From contig CBDDBZ010000030.1 of assembly GCA_965225945.1 (NCBI GenBank), forward strand, positions 152,450-216,449: a DNA stretch of 64,000 nt, read 5' to 3'. Positions 34,409 through 48,765 of the stretch are shown here, piece after piece. The translations under genes and the position numbers were made by a program. The notes under the pieces were generated by a model. It had not been told where the DNA came from, did no database searches, and saw only the letters and a list, made by a program, of their open reading frames with translations. Position 1 is the stretch's first letter. Each line of letters starts with the position of its first letter. Source of the DNA: Alphaproteobacteria bacterium. GTDB lineage: Bacteria; Pseudomonadota; Alphaproteobacteria; GCA-2731375.

Positions 34409-35302
34409 ATGGCGGTGGACACGGCGGGCGAGGCCCTGTCCTTTCAGGATCTCGTATTGACCCTGCAGCGCTATTGGGGTGCGCGCGGCTGCGTCCTGTT
34501 GCAGCCCTACGACATGGAGGTCGGCGCCGGGACCTTCCATTGGGCGACGACGCTGCGCGCCCTCGGCGCCAAGCCCTGGAACGCGGCCTATGTGCAGCCT
34601 TCGCGCCGGCCGAGCGACGGCCGCTACGCGGAGAACCCGAATCGCCTGCAGCACTACTATCAGTTCCAAGTGCTGATGAAGCCTTCGCCGCCGGACTTCC
34701 AGGATCTCTACCTGGGCTCGCTCGGGGCGATCGGCATCGATCCCGGCTTGCACGACATCCGCTTCGTCGAGGACGACTGGGAAAGCCCGACCCTCGGCGC
34801 CTGGGGGCTCGGCTGGGAGGTCTGGTGCGACGGCATGGAGGTGAGCCAATTCACCTATTTCCAGCAGGTGGGGGGCTTCGATTGCCGGCCGGTCTCGGGC
34901 GAGCTGACCTATGGCCTGGAACGCCTGGCGATGTATGTCCAGGGGCTCGACAATGTCTACGACCTCGCCTGGAACGACGCGGGCGTGAGCTATGGCGACG
35001 TCCATCTCCAGTCGGAGCGGGAGTTCTCCGCCTACAACTTCGAGCATGCCGACACCGAGGCCCTGTTCCGCCACTTCGCCGACGCCGAGGCGGAATGCGG
35101 GCGTCTGATTCAGGCCGAGTTGGCGCTGCCGGCCTACGACCAGTGCATCAAGGCGAGCCACCTGTTCAATCTGCTCGAGGCGCGTGGCGTCATCAGCGTG
35201 ACCGAGCGGCAGTCCTATATCGGCCGGGTTCGCAGGCTCACCCGGGCCGCAGCCCATGCCTGGCTGGTCTCCCAGGGCGAGGCCCCCGACGAGGGGGATT
35301 GA
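34409..35302 (+). CDS. glyQ: Glycine--tRNA ligase alpha subunit
   Basis: [32 protein letters not shown]. Confidence 0.97.
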   Translation: MAVDTAGEALSFQDLVLTLQRYWGARGCVLLQPYDMEVGAGTFHWATTLRALGAKPWNAAYVQPSRRPSDGRYAENPNRLQHYYQFQVLMKPSPPDFQDLYLGSLGAIGIDPGLHDIRFVEDDWESPTLGAWGLGWEVWCDGMEVSQFTYFQQVGGFDCRPVSGELTYGLERLAMYVQGLDNVYDLAWNDAGVSYGDVHLQSEREFSAYNFEHADTEALFRHFADAEAECGRLIQAELALPAYDQCIKASHLFNLLEARGVISVTERQSYIGRVRRLTRAAAHAWLVSQGEAPDEGD

Positions 35303-35303
35303 G

Positions 35304-37370
35304 ATGGCGGACCTGCTGCTCGAAATCCTTTCCGAGGAGATCCCGGCGCGCATGCAAGCCCCGGCACTGGCCGAGCTGGAGCGTCGCGTGCTGGACGGCT
35401 TGCGTGCCGCCGGGCTCGATCATGGCCCGGCCGAGGCCTGGGTGACGCCGCGCCGGCTCGCGTTGCATGTCGCCGGCCTGCCGGAGGCCCAGCCCGACAC
35501 CCGCGAGGAGCGGCGTGGCCCTCGGGCCGACGCGCCCGAGAGGGCCATTCAGGGATTTCTTCGCGGGCTCGCCTTGAGCCTGGACGACTGCGAGACACGG
35601 GAAACGGAGAAGGGCAGCTTCCTCTTCGCCGTGATCGAACGCCGGGGTCGCCCGACAGCCGAGCTGCTGGCGGAGCTGCTGGCGGAGGTGCTGGCGGCGT
35701 TTCCCTGGCCCAAGAGCATGCGCTGGGGCGCCGGCGAGACGCGCTGGGTACGCCCGCTGCATTCGATCCTCTGCCTCTTCGCGGGCGGGGTGGTGGATTT
35801 CGAATTCGCCGGCATCCGGGCGGGAACCGAGACCAGGGGGCACCGCTTCCATGCGCCCGACAGCTTCGACGTCACCGGGCTGGATTCTTACCGCGACGGT
35901 CTCCGGGCAGCCCACGTCATGCTCGATCACGCGGAGAGGCGGACCCGAATCGCCGAGGAGGCCCGGCGCGTGGCGCTGGCGGAGGGCTTGCGGCTGGTGC
36001 CCGACGACGGCCTGCTGGACGAGCTCGCCGGACTGGTCGAATGGCCGGTCGTGCTGCTGGGGCGGATGGACCCCCGGTTTCTCGAACTCCCGCGCGAAGT
36101 GTTGGTGAGCGCGATGCGGGCGCATCAGCGCTATCTCGCCCTCGAGACCGGCGAGGCCGTGCTGGCGCCCCGCTTCGTCGTCGTCGCCAACCTGAAAGCG
36201 ACGGACGGGGGCGAGCGAATCGTCGCCGGCAACGAGTGTGTATTGACCGCCCGATTGGCCGACGCCGAGTTCTTCTGGCGAACCGACCTGAAGCGCCCGC
36301 TTGCCGATTCGGTCGCGGAGTTGGACCGGATCGTGTTCCACGCCAAACTCGGCAGCCTCGGCCAAAAGGTCGCGCGGATCGAGGCGCTGGCGCGATTCTT
36401 GGCACCCTCGATCGGGGCCGAGATCGAGGCGAGTGGCCGTGCCGCGCGACTCGCCAAGGCCGACCTGGTCAGCCAGATGGTGGGCGAATTTCCCGATCTC
36501 CAGGGCCTCGTGGGGCGGTATTACGCGCTCGCGGGCGGCGAGGCGGCGGAGGTGGCCGACGCGATCGGCCAGCACTATTCGCCCTTGGGCCCGAACGACG
36601 ACTGCCCGAGTGCGCCGACCGCTCTCGCGGTGGCCTTGGCGGACAAGATAGACACCCTGATCGGCTTCTTCGCCATTAGCGAGACGCCGACCGGCAGCCG
36701 CGATCCCCATGGGCTGCGGCGCGCCGGGCTCGGCGTCATTCGCATGGTGCTGGAGAACGAGCTTCGGCTTGGCCTCGGGCCGATCTTCCGCCGTGCCCGG
36801 GAGGCTTATGGCGATTCGGTCGAGGGCGGCGATGTGGCGGTGGAGATGAACCTGCTGGCCTTCCTGGCCGACCGGCTGAAGGTCCATCTCCGGGGCCAGG
36901 GCGTCAGGCACGATTTGATCCAGGCGGTTTTCGCCCAGGGCGGCGAGGACGATCTGGCCCGGCTGATCGCCCGGGTCCACGCACTCGCCCGATTTCTGGA
37001 GAGCGAGGACGGCGCCAACCTGCTGACCGCCTATCGCCGCGCGGTCAACATCGTGCGCATCGAGGAGGGCAAGGACGGCCGGGCGCATGACGACGCGATC
37101 GACGAGGCCCTGCTGGGCGAGCCGGCGGAGCTGGCGCTGGCAGCGGCGCTCTCGGCCGCGGTCGAGCAAAGCGACGCGGCCTTGACGGCGGAGGATTTCG
37201 AAGCCGCGATGGCGGCTCTCGCGGCGCTCCGCCCAGCCGTCGACGCATTTTTCGACGCTGTCACCGTTAATGCCGAGGACGTCGCGTTGCGGGCCAACCG
37301 GCTCCGGCTCCTGGCGCGGATCAGGCAGACCCTGCACCGGGTCGCGGACTTCTCGGCGATCGAGGGATAG
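35304..37370 (+). CDS. glyS: Glycine--tRNA ligase beta subunit
   Basis: LLEILSEEIPA, WPKSMRWG, MVGEFPDLQG, TGSRDP; follows glyQ. Confidence 0.96.
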   Translation: MADLLLEILSEEIPARMQAPALAELERRVLDGLRAAGLDHGPAEAWVTPRRLALHVAGLPEAQPDTREERRGPRADAPERAIQGFLRGLALSLDDCETRETEKGSFLFAVIERRGRPTAELLAELLAEVLAAFPWPKSMRWGAGETRWVRPLHSILCLFAGGVVDFEFAGIRAGTETRGHRFHAPDSFDVTGLDSYRDGLRAAHVMLDHAERRTRIAEEARRVALAEGLRLVPDDGLLDELAGLVEWPVVLLGRMDPRFLELPREVLVSAMRAHQRYLALETGEAVLAPRFVVVANLKATDGGERIVAGNECVLTARLADAEFFWRTDLKRPLADSVAELDRIVFHAKLGSLGQKVARIEALARFLAPSIGAEIEASGRAARLAKADLVSQMVGEFPDLQGLVGRYYALAGGEAAEVADAIGQHYSPLGPNDDCPSAPTALAVALADKIDTLIGFFAISETPTGSRDPHGLRRAGLGVIRMVLENELRLGLGPIFRRAREAYGDSVEGGDVAVEMNLLAFLADRLKVHLRGQGVRHDLIQAVFAQGGEDDLARLIARVHALARFLESEDGANLLTAYRRAVNIVRIEEGKDGRAHDDAIDEALLGEPAELALAAALSAAVEQSDAALTAEDFEAAMAALAALRPAVDAFFDAVTVNAEDVALRANRLRLLARIRQTLHRVADFSAIEG

Positions 37371-37379
37371 GCACTGGCG

Positions 37380-40052
<2,673 letters not shown>

Positions 40053-40453
40053 GGTTCGTCCCCGTATTCTTTCGCCGCTACCTCGCGCGGTGTTATCCGC
40101 GCGCGGGATTTGCGACGCGCCCGGGGGGCGGCCCGGCGCTGGAATGAGCGGATCTGACGCGAGACGAAGGGGGCGATGTCGGGAATTGGAGGGTAGCCTC
40201 GCCGTGGTGATGTCGTGGCCGGCAGGGGGATTGCTACCCATACCCAATCAATAGGAATATTTTAATGTAATACTGATTGTCAAACTGTAGCAACCGAAGA
40301 TCGGCACATTACTATGCCGGCGTGGAAGTTGCCCATTGTACCGCAATCGCGGATCATCACTCGGTTGCGCGTTTGTGCCTTCTCCTGTAACCATGGTGAT
40401 TGTAGTGGAAAGTCGTCTCGATTAGACGGAAAGCAATGTGAGGGGAGGTCGCG

Positions 40454-40834
40454 ATGAGCGTACGAGAATCAGTCGAGGCAGGTGGTAAGGCCGTAGCCGA
40501 TGGCATCAACAACAAGGATGCGGCCAGCATCGCCAATCTTTACACGGAAGACGCTAGCTTGTTCCCACCGGGTGCGCCGCGCCAAGATGGCCGCGAAGCT
40601 GCTCAGGCTTTTTGGCAGGCCGCCATCGACATGGGGCTCGGAGATGTCGAGTTGACCACGGTCGAGGTTGAAGAAATCGGCGATACGGCGACGGACGTCG
40701 GCACTATCGCAGCGACACTTCCGGATGAGGATGGAGGTCGCGTGACCTTGACGGGAAAGTTCATCGTCTTGTGGCAAAAGGGATCGGATGGCAGGTGGCG
40801 TATGCATCGCGACATCTGGAATTTCGATGCTTAA
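40454..40834 (+). CDS. DUF4440/SnoaL-like (NTF2-fold) protein
   Basis: ANLYTEDA..PPG..GKFIVLW..DGRWRMHRDIWN; GGAGG RBS. Confidence 0.85.
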   Translation: MSVRESVEAGGKAVADGINNKDAASIANLYTEDASLFPPGAPRQDGREAAQAFWQAAIDMGLGDVELTTVEVEEIGDTATDVGTIAATLPDEDGGRVTLTGKFIVLWQKGSDGRWRMHRDIWNFDA

Positions 40835-40876
40835 CCGTTACGTGTAATAGCGAGTCGTTTTGCTGAAGGGCGTTCG

Positions 40877-41354
<478 letters not shown>

Positions 41355-41484
41355 AGATACGTCCGCCGCGCGATGCTTCGCGACGCCGACGAAGCGCCAG
41401 TGATTCCATGTGGTCGGACATCGACACCGGCCAATGGATTCCTCCCGTAATCTCCGCTAGCCTCCGGTGCCGAGGGGAGAACGC

Positions 41485-44397
41485 ATGGAACGCCGTATCG
41501 CAGCGATCTTGGCCGTCGATGTGGCGGGCTATTCCCGTCTGTTGGACGAGAACGAAGAGAGCACGCTCCAAGCGTTGCGGCAGCTTCGTCGAGAATTGCT
41601 GCATCCGAGTGTCGCCGAACATCGCGGCAGCGTCATCAAAAGTATGGGCGACGGTTGGTTGGTCGCATTTTCTTCCGTCGTTCATGCCGTCAACTGCGCC
41701 ATTCATGTGCAAGAAACACTTTCCGAACACGACGTCATCGAACTGCGCATTGGTGTTCATATTGGCGACATAGTCCATGAGGATGAAGACATCTATGGAG
41801 ACGGCGTAAACATCGCGGCGCGGCTACAGGAGATTGCCACGCCTGGCGGTGTTGCGCTATCCGACACGGCGAGAAAGTTCCTTGATGGCAAGCTTGCCAA
41901 TAAATTCCATGATACAGGCGAGAAACAGCTCAAAAATATCGCGGAACCCGTGCGGGTTTTCTTGTTTGGCGATGGCGCGATTGAAACATCATATCACGCG
42001 CCGAGCGTCGATTCACCTCTAACACTACCCGACAAGACGTCTATCGCCGTCTTGCCCTTTGAAAATATGAGTGGCGACTCCGAGAAGTTGTTTTTTGCCG
42101 ACGGAATCGCCGAAGATCTCGTCACCGAACTATCTCGATATCGTTCCTTTTTCGTGGTTGTCCGAAACTCTTCCTTTGCCTATCGAGATGCTTCCTTGAC
42201 CATCACACAACTTGGCGAGGAACTTGGCGTACGCTATGTGGTTCGGGGTAGCGTTCGCACTGCGTGCAATCGCGTTCGCGTCACGGTCCAACTGGCTGAA
42301 GCCGGCAGCGGCCGACAGCTTTGGGCGGAACGTTATGACCGCCTGGTGGTCGACCTTTTCGTGGTGCAGGATGAAATTATTTTCGCGATTGTGACGATGC
42401 TAGAACCGAAGGTCGTCCATGCCGAAAGGGAGCGCGCACGTCGCAAACCAACCGAAAGCCTGGATGCGTGGGAAGCCTATCAGCGTGGCCTTTGGCACGT
42501 TTACCAGTATACCGCCGAGGACAATGTCATCGGCCAGAAGTTACTCGATCGGGCAATCCAAATAGATGCCGATTTTGCCTCGGCCTATGCCGGTCTGGCC
42601 TATTCGCTCTCACTCAATCGCTCCATGGGTTATTTGCCAGATACGTCATATAGCGCTGATCGGATCTACGACCTCGCGCGCAAGGCGATCGCGCTCGATT
42701 CGAACGATGCGTTTGCTCACGTTTCTCTGGGTCGGGCGCATCTTTTGGGCGGCGATGCCGGTTCGGCGATCTCGGCTTTTAGAAGCGCGCTCGACCTTAT
42801 ACCAATCGGCATTAATCAGAACTTATGCCCCCATTTACGCCGCCCGATGGACGTGATGTTCCATGGTTGATCGATGAGCTTGTTCCAGGCTTCGCAGCAG
42901 GAGGCGATGATCTGCTCGTCGGATTGGAAGACCAAGTTGGACAGCCAGTTGTCGCGCATGAACTGCCAGATGTTTTCGGTCGGATTGAGCTCCGGCGAGC
43001 GTGGTGGCAGGGGCAGGAGGGTAACGTTGGCGGGGATCTTCAGCTTGTCCGTGGTGTGCCAACCCGCCTGATCGAGGAGCAGGAGGGCATGCGCGCGCGC
43101 GCCTACCCGGGAGGAGATCTCCTCCAGATGCAGCTGCATGGCCTGGGTGTCGCAGTGGGGGAGCACGAGGGCGGCGCCGATGCCGCGTTCGGGACAGATG
43201 GCGCCGAAGATATAGGCTGATTTGGTGCGCTGGTCATGCGGTGCGCGGGGCCGGGTTCCGCGCCGCGCCCAGCGCCGAGTGATCTTGTTCTTCTGGCCGA
43301 CACGGGCTTCGTCCTGCCACCAGATTTCTATCTCGCTGCCGTCGGGTAGGCGCCGGCGGGCTTGTGCCACCAGCTCGGGGAATTTTTTTAAAATCCTCGA
43401 TGACGCCCTCCTCCTGGGCATGGTGGCGCGGACGCGCCGTCATCTTCGTGAAGCCCGTCGCCTTCAATTCCCGGCTCACCGTGGTCTCGTCGAGCGAGAT
43501 CGCGAACATATCCCGGATCCAGCCCGCCAGATCCTTCAGCCGCCAGCGCACCACGCCGTCGACCGCCGGGTTCGGCCCCGCATCGACGCGTGCCCCCAGC
43601 GCCTGGCGTTGTGCATCGTCGAGCTTCGCCACCGCACCGGGCGCCTTGCGATCGATCAAGCCGTCCGGGCCCTCGGCGTTGAAATGCAACACCCAATCTC
43701 GGATCACCTGAAGCCCCACGTGGCCGGTCCGTGCCGCATCCGTCCGCCGCCCACCGTCATAGATCACCGCGAGAGCCAAGAGCCGGCGGCTCTGGCCGGC
43801 ATCCTTGGAAAGCTTCGCCAAGCGACGCAGCTCCGCCGCATCGAAATCCTCTCGTAACCCGATCGCCGCTCCCATGGTGAACCTCCTCAACTCCGAATCA
43901 CCGGAATTGAGTCAGAAATCATCCACCATGGGAATCCTCAAAGTGAGTCTCCCTCAAGGCCGATTGGTATTAGGCCGAATCATGCCGTGGCCTTGCAGGG
44001 CCTGGGGAGCAATTTGTGCTGGTCTGGTCATGCCGAAGAGTCACTGACGGCACTCGATGATGCGTTGCGCCGAAACCCGCACGATCCGATAAATTGGATT
44101 GTCATGGAGGTGAAAAGCCAGGCGCTGATATTCACCGACGCGTTCGAGGATGCACTCATCTGGGCGAAAAACGGACAGCGCCAGGCAAACGCCGGCGTAT
44201 GGCCCTATGCATGTGAAATTATCGCCCTAGCATTTTTGCACAGAACCGATGAAGCAAAGACATTACTGAAGGAATTGCTCAAAAGGGAAGCAAGCTTTTC
44301 CGCAGAGTTTGTCCGAAAGTATAGCCTCTTATATCATCCACCCTATCTAAAGCGTTACTTGGCGGGGTTGTATTTGGCGGGTCTCCCAGAAGAGTAA
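41485..44397 (+). pseudogene. Adenylate/guanylate cyclase with TolB-like and TPR domains, split by IS630
   Basis: ILAVDVAGYSR, SMGDG, LRIGVHIGD, GDGVNIAARL, SIAVLPF; removing the IS restores ..ALDLRPNHAVALQGLG.. in frame. Confidence 0.9.
42800..43970 (-). mobile_element. IS630-family element, copy 2 (1171 bp)
   Basis: Same IRs; TA at 42798-99 and 43971-72; transposase 43875-42816; A7 instead of A8 at the slippery site. Confidence 0.95.
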
Positions 44398-44594
44398 CCC
44401 GTCATTCGGATTTTTATATTTTCAGTTGTGATAATTTTCTTGAGTTGTCGCGCTGGGCAGCCGTCGCTTGCTCCCCCTTTCGGGCGCCGATCGCACGCCT
44501 GGCGTCGGCCCCGGTGCTTTGCTTTCCGGCGCCCGTCGGGGAATATGGCGCACCGTCGAGGATCGAGTCCACCCAACGGGAGCCGTCGCGCGCC

Positions 44595-44876
44595 ATGACC
44601 ATCAAGGCCTATGATTGGATCCGCCATCACGCCTCCCGCACGCCCGAGAAGACGGCGAGCGTCGATCTCTTCTCCGAACGCTCCCAGAGCTACGCCGAGA
44701 TGGACGCGCGGGTCGGGCGGCTGGCCGTCTTCCTCGTCCGGGGGCTGGGTGCCGCCAGGGGCGAGCGGGTGGCGATCCTGGCGCGCAACAGCACCGATAC
44801 CTTCGATCTGCAATTCGCCTGCCAGCGGCTGGGCGCCATCATGGTGCCGCTCAACTGGCGCCTCGCGGTGCCGGAA
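44595..44876 (+). pseudogene. 5' fragment of an acyl-CoA synthetase truncated by IR element
   Basis: MTIKAYDWIRHHASRTPEK..GERVAILARN..PLNWRLAVPE, then element sequence. Confidence 0.8.
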
Positions 44877-45005
44877 AAAGGGGTCATTCTACGTTTCCGT
44901 TTCCGCTGGCGCTGGCGACACGAGCCACGAAGAGGCCTGCCGAGGCGATCGAAAAAGTATCGAAGTGAATCGTGATGTCACCAGGGTACTGGAGGACACC
45001 TTTTT
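44874..45005. repeat. MITE/REP-like element, copy B (right IR interrupted)
   Basis: GAAAAAGGGGTCATTCTAC plus the same core; AAAGTA...GACACCTTTTT split by ~30 extra bp. Confidence 0.8.
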
Positions 45006-45096
45006 GCTCCATCACCCCGCCGTAGCGCTGCTCGGCGAAGCAGGACAGCGACAGGGTTCAGCTTGCGGTTTGATGTGATACGTACTAGATCAAGCA

Positions 45097-45384
45097 ATGA
45101 TCCAATCGTTTGCGGATGAAGACACGGAAAGTGTTTTCCGACGTCAAGACTGCGACCCAGCGTGGCGAGGATTCGAACGGGTTGCGCGCCGAAAGCTCAA
45201 CCAGATCAATGCGGCCAGGCGCATCGACGATCTTCGTGTCCCGCCTGGCAACAGGCTCGAGCGTCTGGTGGGAAATCGGAGAGGGCTGTGGTCCATCCGG
45301 ATCAACAATCGATGGCGCGTATGCTTTCGCTGGAACGACGGTCATGCTTACGACGTAGAGATCGTCGACTATCATCGAGGATGA
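45097..45384 (+). CDS. higB: HigB-type (RelE/ParE-like) toxin
   Basis: MIQSFAD..ARRKL..DLRVPPGNRLERL..SIRINNRWRVCFRW..VEIVDYH. Confidence 0.9.
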   Translation: MIQSFADEDTESVFRRQDCDPAWRGFERVARRKLNQINAARRIDDLRVPPGNRLERLVGNRRGLWSIRINNRWRVCFRWNDGHAYDVEIVDYHRG

Positions 45385-45701
45385 ACATGACACACATGAC
45401 GCCTATCTACCCCGGCGAGATCCTGAAGGAGGAATTCATGGTTCCGCTCGCGATGAGCGCTAACGCGCTGTCAAAGGCGATCAGCGTGCCGCCCAATCGG
45501 GTGAGCGCCATCGTTGCCGGTAGGCGCGCGATCACCGCCGACACCGCGCTTCGTCTCTCGCGTTTCTTCGGAACGTCGCCCGAGTTCTGGATGAACCTGC
45601 AGAGCCATTACGAGCTTGAATGCGCTCAGGACAAAGCACGTCGACGCGGCTCGAGCCTCTCGAAGGCGCTCCGCGCGATCGAGCCCTTGACCGCGGGATA
45701 A
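45381..45701 (+). CDS. higA: HigA antitoxin
   Basis: PGEILKEEFM..RRAITADTALRL..FWMNLQ; ATGA overlap with toxin stop. Confidence 0.9.
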   Translation: MNMTHMTPIYPGEILKEEFMVPLAMSANALSKAISVPPNRVSAIVAGRRAITADTALRLSRFFGTSPEFWMNLQSHYELECAQDKARRRGSSLSKALRAIEPLTAG

Positions 45702-45714
45702 CGCACCAGGCGCC

Positions 45715-46899
45715 TCAGATCACGTCTCCTTCGCGCAGCGCGGCGATCTCCGCCGCGTCGTAGCCGAGCTCGCCGAGCAGTGCCTCGGTGTGCTGGCCGA
45801 GCTTGGGCGCCGGCCGGGTGGGGATCGCGTCGGTCAGCCGAAACGGGCTCGCCACGGTCTTGAGGCCCGGCAGGTCCGGATGGTCGAGGGCGGCGATCCC
45901 GCCGCGCGCGAGGAAATAGGGATTTTCCAGCGCCTGGGCCAGGTCGTGCACCGGCGCCGCGGGCACGGCACCGGCGAAATGCTCGATCCACTCGGCCGTG
46001 GTCCGGGCCGAGAGCGCTTCGTCGAAGATCTCGGTCAGGCGGTCGCGCTGCCGGTCGCGGTTTTCGTAGCCCTGATAGTCGGGGTTTTCCGCCAACTCGG
46101 GGCGGCCGATCATCTGGCACACCAGCTCCCAGAAGCGGTGGGTCTGGCACATCAGATAGATCCAGCCGTCCTTGGTCCGGTAAAGCTGGCAGGGCACGAC
46201 ATAGGGATGCGCCGAGCGCGCCATCCGCGCCGTGACGCGGCCCGAGTTCAGGTACCAGACCGCCGGATAGGAGAGCTGGTGCATGGCGACGTCGAACAGG
46301 CTGACGTCGACGTCGCGGCCCCGGCCCGTCTCGCGCGCCTGCATGATCGCGGCGACGAGCGCGAAGGCGGCGGCGAGGCCGGTCATGAAATCGACCATCG
46401 AGAGGCCGAAGCGCGCCGGCGGGCCGTCCGGCTCGCCCGAGAGCGACATGAAGCCCGCCTCGGCCTGCATCAGATAATCGTAGCCGGGCCAGCCCTTGCG
46501 GTCTCCGTCGCGGCCATAGGCCGAGAGGTGGGCGCAGACGATGGCGGGGTTCGCCGCCTTCAGGTCGTCATGGGTGATCTTGAGTTTGTCCGGCTGATCG
46601 CCCCGCAAGTTGCACAACAGGCCGTCCGCCGTCGCCGCCAGGCGGTGCAGCACCTCTTGGCCCGCTAGGCTCTTCAAGTCGAGGCTCAGCGACTTCTTGT
46701 TGCGGTTGACCGACTGGTAGAGTTGGCTGTCCTTCTCGCCCAGGAAGAAGGGGCCTACGTCGCGCGCCATGTCGCCGCCCAGCACCCGGTTCTCGAGCTT
46801 GATCACCTCGGCGCCGAGGTCGGCCAGGTGGGTGGTGCCGTAGGGCCCGGCGCCGTACTGCTCGACCGCCAGGATCCGGAGGCCCGCCAGCGGCAGCAT
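45715..46899 (-). CDS. CaiB/BaiF family III CoA-transferase
   Basis: PLAGLRIL..GAGP..LADLGAEVIKLE, NRNKKSL, GYDYLMQA. Confidence 0.92.
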   Translation of the reverse strand: MLPLAGLRILAVEQYGAGPYGTTHLADLGAEVIKLENRVLGGDMARDVGPFFLGEKDSQLYQSVNRNKKSLSLDLKSLAGQEVLHRLAATADGLLCNLRGDQPDKLKITHDDLKAANPAIVCAHLSAYGRDGDRKGWPGYDYLMQAEAGFMSLSGEPDGPPARFGLSMVDFMTGLAAAFALVAAIMQARETGRGRDVDVSLFDVAMHQLSYPAVWYLNSGRVTARMARSAHPYVVPCQLYRTKDGWIYLMCQTHRFWELVCQMIGRPELAENPDYQGYENRDRQRDRLTEIFDEALSARTTAEWIEHFAGAVPAAPVHDLAQALENPYFLARGGIAALDHPDLPGLKTVASPFRLTDAIPTRPAPKLGQHTEALLGELGYDAAEIAALREGDVI

Positions 46900-48077
46900 C
46901 AGACCGGGTTCCGCTCGATCAACTGCTTGGCGATGATGATCCGCTGGATCTCGTTGGTGCCCTCGCCGATGCACAGCAAGGGCGCGTCGCGGTAATGGCG
47001 CTCGACCGAGAACTCCTTGGAATAGCCGTAGCCGCCGTGCACCCGCATCGCCTCCATCGCATTCTCGACCGCGGCCTCGGAGGCGAAGAGCTTCGCCATG
47101 CCGGCCTCCATGTCGCAGCGCTCTCCCTTGTCGTAGGCGCGGGCCGCCTGTTCGGTCAGCAGCCGCGCCGCCTCCACCCGGGTCGCCATGTCGCCGAGCT
47201 TCAACTGGATCGCCTGATGCTGGCAGATCGGCTTGCCCATTGTCTTGCGAATCTGCGAGTAGGCCACCGCCTCCTTGAGCGCCGCCGAGGCGACGCCGAC
47301 GCCGCGCGCGGCGACGTTGATGCGGCCGAGTTCCAGCCCGCCGACGGCGTGGTGGAAGCCCGAGCCCTCCTCGCCGCCGATCAGGTTGGCGGCGGGCACG
47401 CGGAAGTCCTCGAAGATCAACTCGGCCGAGTCGATCCCCTTGTAGCCGAGCTTCTCCAGCTTGCGGCTCGCCCGGAAACCCTCGCCCTTCTCGCAGAGGA
47501 ACATCGAGGTGCCCTTGTAGCGCGGCTCGATTTCGGGATCGGTCTTCACCAGGACGGCGAAGATATGGCCCTCCAGACCGTTCGAGATCCAGGTCTTGGT
47601 GCCGTTGATGACGTAGTCGTCGCCATCGCGGACCGCGCGCGCGCGGACCGCCTGCAGGTCTGTGCCGCAGTCGGGCTCGGTCAGCGCCAGGCCGCCCCGC
47701 AGCTCGCCGGCGGCGAACTTCGGCAGGTAATGTCGCTTCTGCCACTCGGTGCCGAAGCGCTCGACGGCAGCGGACATGATCAGGTGGGAGTTGAAGATGC
47801 CGGTCAAGGACATCCAAACTTCCGAGATCGTGGTGACGATCTTGGCGTAGGTCGAGGCACCGAGGCCGAGGCCGCCGTATTGCTCCGCGATGGTGGCGCC
47901 GAAGAGGCCGAGATCGATCATCTGGTCCACCATCTCGCGGGGATAGACGTCGTCGTGCTCCAGCGCCATCACGTGTGGGCGCACATCGCGGTCGAGCCAC
48001 TTGTTGATGGCGTCGAGAATTTGGCTCTCGATTTCGTCGTGCCCGATATCGCTGTCGCCGGCCGCTCGGCTGCTCAT
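46899..48077 (-). CDS. Acyl-CoA dehydrogenase
   Basis: LALTEPDCGTDL, NGTKTWISNG, VHGGYGY, IGEGTNEIQR. Confidence 0.93.
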   Translation of the reverse strand: MSSRAAGDSDIGHDEIESQILDAINKWLDRDVRPHVMALEHDDVYPREMVDQMIDLGLFGATIAEQYGGLGLGASTYAKIVTTISEVWMSLTGIFNSHLIMSAAVERFGTEWQKRHYLPKFAAGELRGGLALTEPDCGTDLQAVRARAVRDGDDYVINGTKTWISNGLEGHIFAVLVKTDPEIEPRYKGTSMFLCEKGEGFRASRKLEKLGYKGIDSAELIFEDFRVPAANLIGGEEGSGFHHAVGGLELGRINVAARGVGVASAALKEAVAYSQIRKTMGKPICQHQAIQLKLGDMATRVEAARLLTEQAARAYDKGERCDMEAGMAKLFASEAAVENAMEAMRVHGGYGYSKEFSVERHYRDAPLLCIGEGTNEIQRIIIAKQLIERNPV

Positions 48078-48625
48078 GCGCGCCCCTCCTCGGCGGTTGC
48101 GGCGCGGGCGGCGTCGAGCCTGTCCTCGACGCCGTGGCCGCGCTTCGGCACCAGAATCTGGCGGCGATAGCTCATCACCAAGGTGCCGTCCTGATTGTAG
48201 GCCCGGGTGTCGATCGTGACGATTCCCTGGGTCGGGCGGGAGCGCGACTCGCGCTTCTCGACGACTTCGGATTCGGCTATCAGCGTGTCGCCGTGGAACA
48301 CCGGCGCCGGCAGCTTGATGTCGTTCCAGCCGAGGTTGGCGATCGCCTTCTGGCTGGTGTCGGAGACGCTCATCCCGGCGACGATCGAGAGCGTCAGCGC
48401 GCTGTTCACCAGCGGCTTGCCGAACTCTGTGTGCCGGGCGTACTCGTGATCGAAGTGAATGGGATGCTGGTTCATGGTCAGCAGCGTGAACCAGGTGTTG
48501 TCCGCCTCCGAAATGGTCCGGCCGGGGCGATGCTCGTAGATGTCGCCGGGCTCGAAATCCTCGAAATAGCGGCCGTAAGATTCGCGATAGCGCCGCTCCC
48601 CGACCTTGACGGCCTCCGCCACCAT
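48074..48625 (-). CDS. MaoC-family dehydratase
   Basis: GRYFEDF..PGRTI..DN..TMNQHPIHFD..PVFHGDTL. Confidence 0.9.
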   Translation of the reverse strand: MVAEAVKVGERRYRESYGRYFEDFEPGDIYEHRPGRTISEADNTWFTLLTMNQHPIHFDHEYARHTEFGKPLVNSALTLSIVAGMSVSDTSQKAIANLGWNDIKLPAPVFHGDTLIAESEVVEKRESRSRPTQGIVTIDTRAYNQDGTLVMSYRRQILVPKRGHGVEDRLDAARAATAEEGRA

Positions 48626-48765
48626 CGGCCCGTCCTCCTGATGTCACCGGGTCGGCGCCGGGGCGCCGAGTTGGGATAAGTCGCGGGCAGAAATACGAGG
48701 GAGGTGTGGCTGAGTCAACGCGGGCAGGTGGCCCGGGCGACCCGCTCCCCCGGGCCCGAAGAGTC

